Assembly: GCA_023213395.1 (NCBI GenBank)
Contig: CM041465.1
Location: forward strand, 200,763,741-200,827,740
Source of the DNA: Cycas panzhihuaensis
Taxonomy: Eukaryota; Plantae; Cycadophyta
Length of the DNA: 64,000 nt
Reading direction: 5' to 3'
Position 1 is the stretch's first letter; every line of letters starts with the position of its first letter. The position numbers and the translations under genes were made by a program. Shown here one piece after another: positions 39,555-53,550 of this stretch. The notes under the pieces were generated by a model. It ran no database searches, was not told the origin of the DNA, and worked only from the letters and a program-made list of their open reading frames with translations.

Positions 39555-39858
39555 TAATGGCATGGGGGCAGAATGAAATAGAGACTATAAGGTATATATT
39601 ATAAAAAATAAATAAAATCTCTATATAAAGTTGGCAGTGTTAAGGAACACCATTAGGCCATAGGATCCTATATAAATAGTCAAGACATTGGACAAGCCTG
39701 CTATCAATTAACTTTGGTATTAGAAAACACCATTTAAAATAAATTATAAAATAATACATACCTGATGGCTAAGTTGGTTGATGTTAATTGCTGGCAGTCC
39801 TATGGCATTCCAATGTAATGTGCACACTTAATAATAAAAATTGACATTATGTCTAATA

Positions 39859-41269
39859 TTCTCCTCTATAATGTTCATTTTGTATAACTCCAAGCTTTTC
39901 TCTAAATTTATAAAACTTAGTTTTTCTAAGAGCCTTTGTTTTAAATTTTATTCTGTAAACCCATTTGTTGCTAATTGCATATTTATTTGAAGGGAGGTTA
40001 ACTAGTTCCCATATATCATTCTTGACCAAAGCATTATACTCCTCCCGCATTGCATGTTGTCATTCTTGTTTGGTATTAGCCTCTTTAAAGGTTGAGTCCA
40101 TGACTTGACTCATTAAAGCAAAGTTGACCCTATTAGAATGTGTAGATCTCCTTTCAAAATTATTATCAAGCATATTCACTGGGTCATGTTGTCTTTATAG
40201 CCACTTTGGAATATTTTGACTGGATGTAGAAGGTCCAACCTCACTAAGACTAGATTCATGTTGAATTGGCACATGTGAAGGTATATTTTTTTATGTAGGA
40301 TGTGAATCAGAGTCTACTATGATATTTTTCACTTTGTTTTTTTCAATCTCTGCTTTATAATAATCATCCTCTTTGAAGATAATGTCTCTACTCAAGATTA
40401 TCTTCTTTCCTTTAGGGTCAAATAACTTATAGGATCTAGTTAAATCATAATATCCTATAAATATACACTTAGTATATTTATCATCCAATTTTATTCTCTT
40501 TTGATCAATTATATGAGCAAATGCTAGGTAACCAAAAATTTTCAAGTGGTGAATACTAGGCTTGTGTCATGTCCAAGCCTCTTCAGGTGTAACCCACCTT
40601 AGTGCCTTAGTGGTACACCTATTTAATAGATAAACAATTGTGTGTATGCCTTCTACCCAAAATTTATGCCTAAGTTACTTGTCCTTAAGCATGCACCTAG
40701 CTATCTCAACAATGATCCTATTCTTTCTTTTAGCTACTCTATTCTATTATGGAATGTATGGATTGGTGTATTACCTCCTTAAGCAATGATGGATACAAAA
40801 ATCTTTTTTCGAAGTGAATTCTCCCCAATTATCTGATCTAAGGGAGAGGATCGAATGACCAATTTATTTTTCCATAAAGGATTTGAAGTAAATAAAATAT
40901 TGATAGGCATCTAATTTGAACTTTAGGGGAAATGCTCAAGTTTTTCTTATAAAGTCATCAATAAATGTTATGAAATATTTAGCTCCTCTAAGTGGGGGTA
41001 CATCCATAGGACCACATAAATCTATGTATACTAATTACATGAGACCTTGTGCTCTATAGTTGTTATCATAAAATCTCTCTCTATGTTACTTTCCAAGTAG
41101 ACATCCTTCACATATTTCTTTATTTCCCTCAATGGTAGGTAAGCCTTCAACCATTTTACTTCTTTTAATTAGGGCCAAGCTATTATATCTTAGATGGCTA
41201 AATTGTTTATGTCATATGTCAATTCCAACTTTAGTAGAGGCTTTCAATGCATAGTTATCTACTGGAAGA
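39859..41269 (-). pseudogene. pol: copia D integrase and fused RT-start/RH-end
   Basis: KIFGYLAFAHIIDQKRIKLDDKYTKCIFIGY; EEYNALVKNDIWELVNLP..KWVYRIKFKT|KALRKTKFYKFREKLGV. Confidence 0.9.
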
Positions 41270-41274
41270 TGACT

Positions 41275-44200
41275 TAAAGGAATGATGGATCTAGGGAATA
41301 AATCATTCACATGCACATAATCGCAATGGAAAATGAAAAAGAGATGAAATAAGATATGAAAGCTAAGCTTGGAGGTGAGAATGAATAATGACTCCCTCCT
41401 TGAGATTTCACCTTTTATTATTGAGGGTGAGTATTAGGGTTAGGATTTTCCAGCCTAATGACATGAACCCAACATTACATCTAAATGCATATAAAGCACA
41501 TTTCATTAAGAAACTAATGCTAACAATATATCCTAAGATCACATAATTGATCTACATAAATGACCTTGATATATTAATCTCTTTCAATACCCCCCTTAAT
41601 GGTGGAAGGTTATTTTGAGAAAATCTATTGCATAAGGTATTCATTTAAGTCTCATTATTACATTGAAATTCTAAATGACACTTTTGCAAGAAAACCCTCA
41701 TGGGGAATAAAAATCCACAAACTTTCTAAAATCTATAGGCCCTTTTATAAATCAAAATGGCTAAGGTTGCTCTTTAATGTAGCCTGATAGCCAAGCAATT
41801 TAAATATGTAGCTTAATCTATAAAATCTCCATATACCATTTGGTCATCCCCTATGCCCTTTTAGGTTTTCATAGGTTCTGATTTTCCAAAACTAATACAA
41901 CCCTTATCCTTCCATGCCCATATGGGGTTTTCACAAATAGGATAGAATAGAGACTTACTCTTATTCGTCCACACCTATAAGGGGTTTTTATGAAGAGAAT
42001 AGAGTATGATGATTCTGTTGCCATCTTCTTTGATTAGTAAAAAATGGAGGCCCTAAGGCTGAGCTACCTTCAAAACTATTTAAACTTCACCTTTTATAGT
42101 GGTTTGGTGAAGATATTGGCTACTTGATCTACTATGGGACAGTATTCTAGTTGAATTATACCATCATGAACAAGTTCTCTAATCCTGTGGACTTTCGTAC
42201 TTATGTGTTTGGTATGATCATGAAATACAGGATTTTTCACCATGTGGATTGTTGATTGATTATCCATATGAATGCCAATAGGACTTGTTTGGGTGATATT
42301 TAATGTTTCTAATAATTTTCTAAGCCATATCACCTCCTTATTGGTCTTAGAAGCAGTAATGTATTTAACTTCGGTAGTTGAATTAGTAACTATCTTCTAT
42401 CATTTGGATCTCCATGATATTGGTGCTATTCCAAGAAATGTTATATACCTAGATATAAATCTCACTGTATCTTTATCTCTTATAAAGTTTAAGTTTATGT
42501 ATGTAGAAATCTTCTAATCTAAATTAGGTTCATATAATAGACCACATTTGTTAGTCATCTTAAGGTACCTCACACCTGCACTGCTACCTACTAATGATTC
42601 CACTTAGCATTTGTCATGTAATGAGTAAGAATACCAATAGAGTGTATAATATATGGCCTTGTATTGGTAGTGTAGATAAGACTACCTACAAGTTTCCTAT
42701 AGAGTGTTATATCTGCCTCCCTTATATCACCATCAGTTGAGAGTTTGGTATTAGGGTACATAGGTAAAGCCATTGGTCAAGCATCTTCTAAATGAAACTT
42801 GGTTAGAAGATCGTTGATGTATTTTTCTTGGGAGAGGAAAAATTTTCTATTCTTTTATGTTACTTTAATTCCCAAGTAATATTTCATCAAACCGAGGTAA
42901 GACAATTTGAATATTTTGCCAAGGTTCTTTTTTAGCTAGCTTATTTCTTGTTCACTATTACTCGTTACTAGCATATCATCCACAAAGATTATGGGATAAG
43001 TGACTTTGCCCTTTTGGTGCTTGATGAATAATATTGCATTAATATCTTGGTAGTCACAAACCTTGTATCTGAGTTGTCTCATTCTTTTAGACAACTCAGT
43101 AAACCAAGCACAAGGGGCTTGTTTAAGGCCATACAAGGACTTTCTGAGTATGAAAACCTTATGCTCTTGACCTTTGATCTCATATCCTTCTAGCTAAGCC
43201 ATGTAAATTTCTTCTGCAAGGTATTCATTGAGAAACATAGTCTTAACATTAAGCTGGTGGATTTTCCAACCTTGTTGAGCAATCAAGGCCATAAGAGTTC
43301 TAATTGTAGGTCACTTGGTTATAGATGAGAAGAATTTGGTGTAGTCGATGCCTTCCCTTTGTGTGAATCCTTTAGCTACCAACCTTACCTTATGTTTTTC
43401 AAGGGTGCAATCTAATTTACATTTATTTTTTAACATCCATTTATTTTTAACTACCTTTCTGCTAAGTGGTAGATCAACAAGCTCCCATGTACCATTCTTG
43501 ATAAGAGATTAGTACTCTTCATTTATAACATTTCTCCAAGTTGTATGCTTTATAGCTTCCTAATATGAGAGGGGCTCTTCATTAAGAGTAAGGTGCAGTT
43601 CTATCAGTTCAAGCTTAGCGTATAATGATTTCTATATCTTTGCTCTATGGGCACTTCGAGTGCTAGTTTTACCCACCTCATCTAGTCATATGTCTTTATT
43701 GAGCTAGCAGGCTTATTAAGATCCTCGAGTTGGGAATGAGGTCCTCATTTCCTCAACTTCTTAGTTCTCATCTTGTTCATTAAAATGGTTACTTTATGAG
43801 GAAGATGTTGATGTGCCTGAGGAAGATGGTCCTTCTACCATTGTTTTACCTTTGTCAACTTATGGTGGAGAGAATGATTCTTCTATAATGGCTTTGTCTT
43901 TGTCAACTCTGTTATCTTCAAAGGATGGTACTAGATATGCACTCATCATTTTAGAGTCACAAATTGTATCCTCTGAGGCTCTATTATCAGCTTCCAATAT
44001 TTGGAGTAATTTATGTATGTCCCTCTCTCCCCAAATTTTAGAATCTAAACATCACATTTAATAACATCATTATAGCAGTGTGACAGTATTTTAGAGTCTA
44101 GTCTAAGCAACTAATCCTCTATCTCCTCAGAAATGACATCTCTAGTAATGATAATTTTTTATTGTGAAGGTATAAAGACCTTATACCCTTTCTTATGCAT

Positions 44201-47200
44201 AGGGTATCCAATAAAGATGCCTTTAAGTTCCCTTGGCTAAATTTTATTTCAATCTATATCTAGAATGTGGGCATAGTATATAGAGCTAAAAATTTTGAAG
44301 TAGTGAATAATGGAGACTTGTCTTGACCACTTTTTATTAGGTGATTGTCCTTCCTTTAATGGGCTAATAACATTAATATAATAAACAATTATATAGATAA
44401 CTTTAGCCCATAGGTAGGTAGGTACATTTTTGTATACCAACATAGCCCGAGCATTGTTCATGATTATCCTATTCATGCACCTGGTAACTCCATTTTATTT
44501 TGTGATACTTGCTACTATTGTTTGATATTTAATGCCATTGTCTTGAAGGTATCTTTTAAACTCATGTAAGGTATATTTACCACCATTATTAGTTCAAAGA
44601 TATTTGAGTTGATAACCTAACTCTTTTTTAGTGTGGGCTTTAATTTCTTTGAATATATGAAAGGCTTCATCTTTCTTGTATAGAAAAGCTACCTATACTT
44701 TTCTAGTGAAATCATTAATGAAAGAGATGTAATATAACTTATACTTCAGTGAGGGAATAGGCATTAGCCCACACAGATCAGAGTGTACCAATTATAATGG
44801 ATGGCTAGATTTTCACTAACTTTTGGGAAAGGGTTATCTATGCCATTTGGAAATGATATAAGGTTCACATTTAAAGGGCTTAGAGGATAACTTTAAAAGA
44901 TTGGGAAGAGTGTTATAAAGATCTCTAAGTCTATCAATGTAAACATGGCCCATGCGAGCATGCTAAAGAGCTTTTGATGACAATGTTAAATGGGTCAAGA
45001 TGGAATTAAATGAAAATTATTCATCAGCACAAGGGCTTTAGGCATAATGAGCTTCAAAAGATGAAGAGTCATTCAGTAGAAAGAGTTTTCCAAAGAGATG
45101 TCCAATCAAGACTACTTAATCAGTTGGAGGGTGAATGACTTAGAGAGTCTAGTCATTTGTAGTTACACTCAGATTAAATCCATGAGAGAGAAGTATGAAT
45201 AAGCAAAGTAGGTTTTGTTTAAGATTGGCTATGTATAAGACATCAAGCAATGTAAAATCTTTTAAGCATGGGAGTTTCAGGCAAATATTACAAATTCCTT
45301 CAATAGGTTATGATTTCTCAGCCATGTGAACAACTCCTTGAATATTTAAGTCAAATGTTTGATATAGATTATGATTGCACATTATATATTGAGTTGCTCC
45401 AGTGTCTCTGATTTACTATCCTTTGATTGAAGCCATACTATTTGTAATTCTAATAGTGCTTCACATTGATGAAGGAAATTCACAAGTAATATATCCACAT
45501 TAATCTTCAAAGTATCTCTTTGGTTGGTCAATGGTATTTGATGTTGAAGATACCTCAATTCTTTGAAAGTATACTTATATAAAACTTATGCCACTAAAGG
45601 ATTCTTCACAAGTTTCTTCAACATTATGAGCTCCATATTTTGGTTGGAACTTGGCCAACTTCTAAATGGCAATTCTGTAATCGTTTATAAAATGTCCTTT
45701 ATAATTACATTGATCACACATAATAGTTTGATTGCTAGTCCCTGAAGAGGTACTGGTTTGGCCTGACTATCTTTCTCTTTATTGAGGTGGGCCTTAGCCT
45801 TGAGATTGTCGAGGTTATGACTAAGGGTTTGGTTGACCTTGTGGATAATTTACCATGTTTCTTCCTCTTCCTCTTGCTTGGTTGTTTCCTTTGCCATGAA
45901 AGGGACCTTGATTTTTTATATAGAAAGCTTCTTCTTCCACCTTAAAGGCTACATCTTAAAGAGATTTAGAGGCTACAAAGTTGGTGTCAAAGGTCTTGTC
46001 AAATTCTATGAACTTCTTGGCAAGTGCTTCAAAGTTGAGTGTCTTCAATGTTCCACTAGATTGAGGACTTCCAAGCAAGTTTTTATAATCAAGGACATGT
46101 AAACATGGTTGGATCAAGAATGCCCAAGTGATGTATTGGGTCTTAAAGTCTTTATTAATTGCCTGTTTTATCAGTTGAAGGAGATTTACTGTCTCATGAG
46201 CTTATCCCTCCTCTATTTTTAATTTGTTTATTTTTAGAACAAAATAAACAAATTTGAAATCTAATTTGGTATTAAAGTTCTCCTTGAGAACTTCAAGGAT
46301 CTTCCAAGTTGTATCATATTATTCTTTATTAATCGAGTTGTGCAAGGAGTCATCAGTAACCAATAGAATTCCTGCAAAAATCCTTTTATCATTAATCTCC
46401 CATTATAATTTAACTGTAGTATCTATAGAAGCTATTTGAGTGGATCTACCAAAAGCAGGTGTTGTAGTTATTGCAGGTATGATAGGTGTAGGCTGCAAGT
46501 GGACTCTCTAAAGGCCTTCATACTTTATAGTATTTTTAACTCTAGCATACCACATATCCTATTTTTCTTTACCTTTTAATATGCAATTGACATTCTACTT
46601 GAATTAAGATGACATGGTGATGATAAAGAAGTAGAAGAGATGATAGAAGTATGTACCACTAACATGTGTGGCTAGTATACCTAGCATAATAGGGATGTAT
46701 AAATGAATACTCTGATGAGAAGTAAGCAATGATTAAGTATTTTTTAATAACTATGAAAAATAAGTATAAGTAATGATGAAAGCATGAGGCCTAATATAGA
46801 ACCAGTAAATAATGGTGATGTGTCATGCCACTAACCTCTAACATATATCCAAATATAGGTGAGGTTTCAATACTTAAGGCTTCTAGTATATAATTAGGGC
46901 CTTCACCGGTGATACCCACACCTATGCTTGGAAATGAAATCTAAGTCATAATGGATCCCAAGTACTCCCAGTCCTCATGTAGTTTACCTGTGAGCAACTA
47001 TATACCTCCTCCAAAGAGTTAAATAGTACGTGCATATCCCATGGCTATGACAGATATTAGACCAAGTTAATTTTAATCTTACATTAAGGTTTTCAGTTTT
47101 CCCACGTAGTTATCAAGATTATCCCTAATTGGAGGTTGTAGGTATGGCTAACCTATCCCTCTACCACTATTCTGATTAAGACCAGACCCTGTATAAAACT

Positions 47201-48845
47201 TGCACCTTCCTTAGGGCCCAGACTTTGGCTAACCGTGGTCTATTTCAACTAAGGTAAGTGTACGCATAAGTCAAGAACTGGTAGTATAGATTAAATGGAT
47301 GAGATTTCTTTTAGGGATGATTGAAAATTAAAATAGAAAGTTATTAAATGTTCTTGCTTACTTTTCATATTTGCTTTATTGTTGCTACTGCTTTATATGA
47401 TGCTTTATGCTATATGTGCAAATAGAAAAAGCATACTAGATTTAGTAGGGGAACTGGATGTTGCTTCCAATTCAAGGTTTCCCTTGCTTTTAATACAATA
47501 TTTCTAAATATATATTTTTTAAAATTTTAATACAAAAGCCACAATGGGCTAAAAAATAGATCAACTTGCCACTAAAATACTAATTTTTTAAAATCTAGAT
47601 GTATGTTAGTTTTCCCTATTTTATGATTTCTTTTATAAAATTTATAAATAATGATAAATAGGTAATTTTTTCTTAAAATTACAAATATGAAGGCCTAAAT
47701 GATGGAATTTAAATTTATGGAAGAAGAAAAAAGTGTTTAGAATATTATTTTTGATATAGTAGTAAAGTTAGATTTCTAGAAAGGCATAAAAATCTTTTGC
47801 CCAAAAAAAACACAAAAGCATAATCTTACTAGATCCACTATCTCAGAATCTAAACTTCAATATGTCAAAAGTTGCATCGTGACACATACATCAACTTTTC
47901 CTTCTACACCATCTATAAAATCAGCTAAAAATTTATCCAAAATGCTCTCACAATATCTTTTGTGGGGCTGAGTAGGCAAATTCGGCATCTGTGAGAAAAC
48001 TGCATAGATCTCACTAACTGGTGGATAAAATTTAATGATATTTATCTTAAAATGATCCTAATACATAAATATACCAGATCCCTTAAAAAAAATTTAGATT
48101 TGTAGCTTATGTTTAAAGGACTTCATTAGAAAAAATGCCAAATTTTAACCTTTCTCCTCAGCCAAAACTCACTCTTTTAGGCTAAATTTAAAACTACTCC
48201 AGAAGACAAAAATAATCCTCCTAGTATGGAAACCTTACATGCCAAATTTTATCAAAATCTGAGATGGTCAAAATTTTTATAAAATTTTAGGCCTTTAATG
48301 CTTCTGGGATTGTTCCGACAATTGAATGGCTTCAAAACCTGTATTTTTCACCTCTAAAATTTTACATATATAAAGAAAGTAGAAACATATAAAGTAATAT
48401 AATTTTAATCTCTCAAAATATTAAAAATGATGAGTGCACTCTCAATACTTCATATTGAAGGTGAAGGAGAGGCAAAATGACTCTATGCAAGTGGAATTGA
48501 GTGAATAGATCCTCTTCTAGATCTGATACCACATGAAGGAAGGATGGATTTAGGGAATAAATCACTTGTATATACACAATTGAAATGGAGAATGAAAAAG
48601 AGATAAAACAAGATATGAGAGCTAAGCTTAGAGATGAGAATGAATAATGACTCCCTCCTTGAGATTTCACCTTTTATTATTGAGGGTGAGTATTAGGGTT
48701 AGGATTTTCCCACTTAATGACATGAACCCAAAATTATATCTAAATACACATAAAGTGCATTTTATTAAGAGGCTAATACTAACAATATATCCTAAGGTCA
48801 CATAATAAATCTACACAAATGACCTTGATATATTAACCTCTTTCA
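41275..48845 (-). mobile_element. Ty1/copia element E, full length, nested in D; LTRs 41275-41586 and 48534-48845
   Basis: 312-bp LTRs about 88% identical by hand count, perfect TSD TGACT, PBS complement GATCTGATACCA at 48520-48531, and PPT AAGGGGGG. Confidence 0.95.
42030..46615 (-). pseudogene. gag-pol: copia E gag-pol, disrupted
   Basis: DTGATQ protease motif, HARMGHV, YGLKQAPCAW, FVDDMLV, YRKLVGSLIY, MDNQSTIHMVKNPVFHDHTKHI. Confidence 0.92.
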
Positions 48846-48850
48846 TGACT

Positions 48851-50430
48851 AGCTTAAACAGTCAATCACTAGTCATTTGTCCCTTAGCTACAATAGCTTT
48901 ATTCATCCTTTTTATCTTTGATTTTATATTCACTATTATAAAAAGTAACCTTATAATCCAATTCCATCATCTATCCTACTAAAAGTAAATTCTTCTTTAA
49001 GGTAGGTATGTGTAGTATGTTATCAATGTTCTGAGTTTGATCTGATTCCATGGTGATGGTAATATTTCCTCTACTAATTGACTCATATGAAGTGTTGTCT
49101 CTAAACATGATCTTCTCCTTTTTAGTTCTCTAAATGGTTTTAAAGATTTCCACCTTATGTGTCATATGAGTTGAGCATCTTGAATCTATATACTAACTAT
49201 TTTCTTCTTTATTAGCCACCATACTTGATAAGAAGAGTCTATTATTTTCTCTACTTTTAGTTAAGGTATTTTCACTTCCTCTTTGTTAGTTTATAATCTT
49301 GGAAAAACAACAATCCTCCATGTGTCTAATCTTATGGCAATATGAGTATTGAATGGGTGCTCTACTCCTTTGGTTATTGCTTCTACTTTTAGAGGTTCCT
49401 CCACCTCTAGAGGTTGATCTACCTCTTTCAAGGAATGAGATTTAATTTTATCCTTGATAACCTAATGATTTAGTCCTTGATCACATTAAGTTAGTCTTAG
49501 ATAACTTGATTATCCTTAATAATGATTATATTCATGGCAACAATGATTATGTTTTTGTATTCTACCTTGATTATTAAAGTTGTTCCCCCCTTGGTATGTT
49601 AGATTTGGTGGTTCATATCTTTAAGGAGGTTCTTGATATTGTTGCCTTGATTCTTGATGCCTAAGATTGGATTCTTGGTATGTCCTTTAGTTCTTAGAAT
49701 TTGATTTTTGATAAGATCTTTGGTTCCTTTCTCTTCTACTAGGGGATAGGTCCCACTCCCTAGAACTTTTCCCTTAGCTACTTTGCTTAATTCTTACCTT
49801 TGTGGCAAAGGTGTGTTCTAAAGATTATTATCCTCCTTTCTTCTCTTCTATAGTAAGGAGCATGACACTCAATTACTTGATCTTAAGGGTACTTAAGTCC
49901 TTTGAAACTTTAATACTTATAGTTACCATTTCAAATAACTTAATTTCTCTAACATATCTTAATATTCTTTCCATAACTCTTTACTCAGTTAACAATTATC
50001 CAATGGATCTTATTTGGTTGATTAGGTATTAGACCTTGGTAATGAATTTATTAACACTCTCTCTTGGTGACATCTTTAAATTCTTGAACTTGCTTCTAAG
50101 GGATTGAAGCTTAATTGAGGCAACTCCTTTATAAATCAACTTTAGTATGTCCCAAGCTTCCTTTGATGTAGTGGCTTCACTTACTCTAGGAAATATATGG
50201 TCTTTTAGAGCACAAAAAGTAAGTGTTAAGGCTTCATTGTCCTTCTTAATATATTCTCTATAAATTATTTTGTCATCCAAGGTGGTATTTTCTCCAAGTT
50301 CATCAAATCCTTCATCAACAAATTCCCACATATCTTTGGCTATGAAAATGAATTTCATCCTCTTACACTAATTAAGGAAATTCATTCCATCAAATTTAGG
50401 TATAATCATACTTCCAAGTATTGTTGCTAT
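48851..50430 (-). pseudogene. gag: copia D gag-protease
   Basis: MKFIFIAKDMWEFVDEGF..EATTSKEAWDILK; degenerate knuckle (YSYCHKIRHMEDCC) and IDSRCSTHMT. Collinear with 24439-25900. Confidence 0.9.
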
Positions 50431-51967
50431 TGTAACTCAACTGTGTTTTAGTATACCCCAAAAAGATTTAAATTTATTATGTCTTATTTACCTATGGGGT
50501 TTCTAATCTAGAGTTCTATGTCTTAAGGTATTCAAAGAAAGCTCTTGGTTACTATATTGTCTAATGGTGCTTACCCACAAGTGGCAAACTAGGGACCTAA
50601 TATACTAGTATGTAAACTCAAGGCTTGATATACCTTAGTACATGGGCTACAAAGAAGGTCAAAGACCCCTATGATATGTTGGCTCACTTGTGTCAGTCTT
50701 ATGCCTAATGACAAATCTAGCATCGAGAGCTTGATTAATCAAGGCACTCACTCCTTCTGAGTCTAGCCTGGTCTCCAAACTTCAAAAGGAGAAAAGGTTC
50801 TTCACCTCATCTTACCATTGAATACACCTGATAGCCAATGGTTTCCTTAATAACTTAGAGTACACTAAAGGCACATGTAGGGTGATAACTTCAGGGGTCA
50901 TAGCCATTCCCCTTACAAGGCTAGAAAACAAGGGTGTTTTATTTGGGACTTATCTTATTAATATGAAAAATTTAATCTTAAATGTGGTTTTCTTTATAAG
51001 CAATGGTTCCTTTTACTAATAATTGAAAAAACTTGAAATATTTGCAATGAAATAAAATGAAACCAACTAAAATAAAATGTAAATGAGTCAAATAGTACTA
51101 AATGAAATAAATTAAAAAGGTAAAAGGGTTTAGAATGCTCTTATTTATAAAAAATTAACCTAAATTATTTGTTTCCTTTTCAAGAGTAAACCTATACTAA
51201 ATCAACCAAAAAAGTAATTATAAATTTAAATAATGAGCTAAAATTTTCTATTAATAGTTAGTACAGTAATATATCATTAATATCCTTAAATAAATTTAAG
51301 AAATTTCTTTAAAAATAATAAGAAATGCTCAAATAAGGACTAATTATATAGGTGAACGTTAGTAGTTTAAAAGACCTACAAAACAACTTTAAGTCATTAT
51401 TAAACTAATTCTAAAGCATAGAGATCTAAGTTAACTTTCCAATGGTTTAAACCATTTGAAAAATAGACTCCTGGATCAAAAGTTATTAAGAAAACAATAT
51501 AGACACCTCATTATGGCCAAAAAACAAAAGGAGGGGTCCTTAAGCCCCTTAACAAGATGGCCCTCGGTCTCCAGTTTATTGCATGTGACCACTCATTGGG
51601 CTACAAATGGGGCTATGGATTCCAAAAATTATGAAATTTAGCTAAATTTCTTAAAATCTAAATTTATAAAGTATAGCTTAATGGGTTTTTAAATCTGGCT
51701 CTATTTTCAAAAAGTAAGGTCATATGGGGCTTTAATATGACCGACTACTAATAGGCAAAGGGGGCTAACATATTTCAAAATATATGAAATATAACTAAGT
51801 CACATAAAAACTAAAATTATAAAAAGAAACTTAGTTTGATTTTAAATTCTCCCTTTTTAATGAAAAGAATTATCACATGGAATGTGCATATGATCGCCGA
51901 CTAGCCAACTGAGGGGGCTATAGATTTAAAGTTCAATTTTAAGCCAATTAAATTTTTAAAAAACTAT

Positions 51968-52011
51968 GTTATATATATATGTATATCTATATATATATAT
52001 ATATATATATA
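51968..52011. repeat. (TA)n microsatellite inside the copia D leader
   Basis: Direct reading of the sequence. Confidence 0.9.
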
Positions 52012-53550
52012 ACAAATAGATTTAAATGAACATTAATAAGCAACTAATCATAGAGTAAAAACGTGTAGAAACGATCAAAAACTCAATCAAACTAATGACA
52101 AATTGAATCAAAGTTTAATCGATCGAAGAACAAAATAGATTTATAAAATCTAAACCCAAAAAGACATCAGAAAATGTCTTAAAAAAATGGGCAGAGGGCC
52201 TAATAGATATACAGGTCTAGGATGAATGTATATCAGGTGACATGCTAAAGGATACAAATCCTTAAATCAAGGAATCAATGAATAAATATTTCTATATTAA
52301 TAAATTACAAGCAGTCAATAGGTCATAGGGATGAGCATGGATAAGGTAGTCCAGCCTTGTAATCCCATTCCAATAATCGACAATAGTGAGGAGCAAAACC
52401 ATGAGGAGTGCAGAGCTAGATGGATAACTCACCTTCCAAAGGATGAAGGTAACTTACCTTCCTTCCTAATAGACAATTCATAAGCTACGATGATGACATT
52501 GAGATAGGAAAATATGATTCTAAGTTTGATATGTGGCCAAATAATCGATATTGGAATGATGTTAATAGACCCAAAACCAGAAGAAGAGCAAAGGAGCATG
52601 TGTGTGCGTGTGTGTGTATGTATACAAGTGAAAGTTTTTAGTAGGGTAAATTGAAAAAATAAATAGAGACAGATTTGGGTGTGCCAAATGGATATCTAGA
52701 CTTTGTAATAAGGCCAAATGGTGTCGTATTACTTTGAAAATATTTTATTTTTCAACTGGGCAGTAAAGTTTTAGCAAAAAGAGAGATATGTGATCTTCTG
52801 GAAGCAATATCTTAGCAATGAGGCAATAGTTTTTTAAACCATCTATTCTATAGTGAAGTAGATTTAGCCAGGATTAAAATAAGTAGTCATGTGCTTAGGT
52901 TTTATCTATCCATTGAAGAGTAGGAATTTGTTGAAGTTTAATGATCCTAGAAAACCTAAAACATAGGCTGTAAAATAATTAAATATTGATAAAATATCTT
53001 TTAAAACCTCTGTAAATCTCTTCCAAATCACCGTTAGGATGCAAATGACTACAAATGCTATAAAAAATTACCAATTTATGGATTATATTAAATTCATAAT
53101 GTGATATCATAAATGTATAAACAATATTAAATATAAACTATGTAAGAACTATATAAACATGAATAAATATTAAAATATATCGAACAACAAATTATTGTGA
53201 TTCTCCATGGCTCCAAATCAACATGCTTTGATACCAATTGATGGCACAAGGATAGAGCAAAATAAAGACTATAAGGTATACAATGTGAAAAATAAAAAAA
53301 ATCTCTATATAAAGTTGGCGGTGTTAAGGAACATCATTAAGCCATAGGATCCTATATAAATAGTCAAGATGTTGGGTAACCCCACCATCAACCAACTTTG
53401 GTATTGAAAAATATGATTTAAAATGAAATATAAAATAATACATACCTAATGGCTAAGTTGGGTGATGTCAGCTACTAGCAATCCCATAGCATTCTAATGT
53501 GGCATGTACACTTTATAATAATATAAATGAACATTATAACTAACAAAGAC

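Larger units (their letters stand above)
39555..53545 (-). mobile_element. Ty1/copia element D (same protein family as C), RT/RH deleted; LTRs 39555-39858 and 53239-53545
   Basis: Perfect TSD AAGAC (39550-39554 and 53546-53550), PBS complement GCTTTGATACCA at 53225-53236, and PPT adjacent to 39858. Confidence 0.95.

Noticed and set aside
41434-41444. Telomere-like TTAGGGTTAGG
   Set aside because: Fewer than two units within an LTR; expected by chance.
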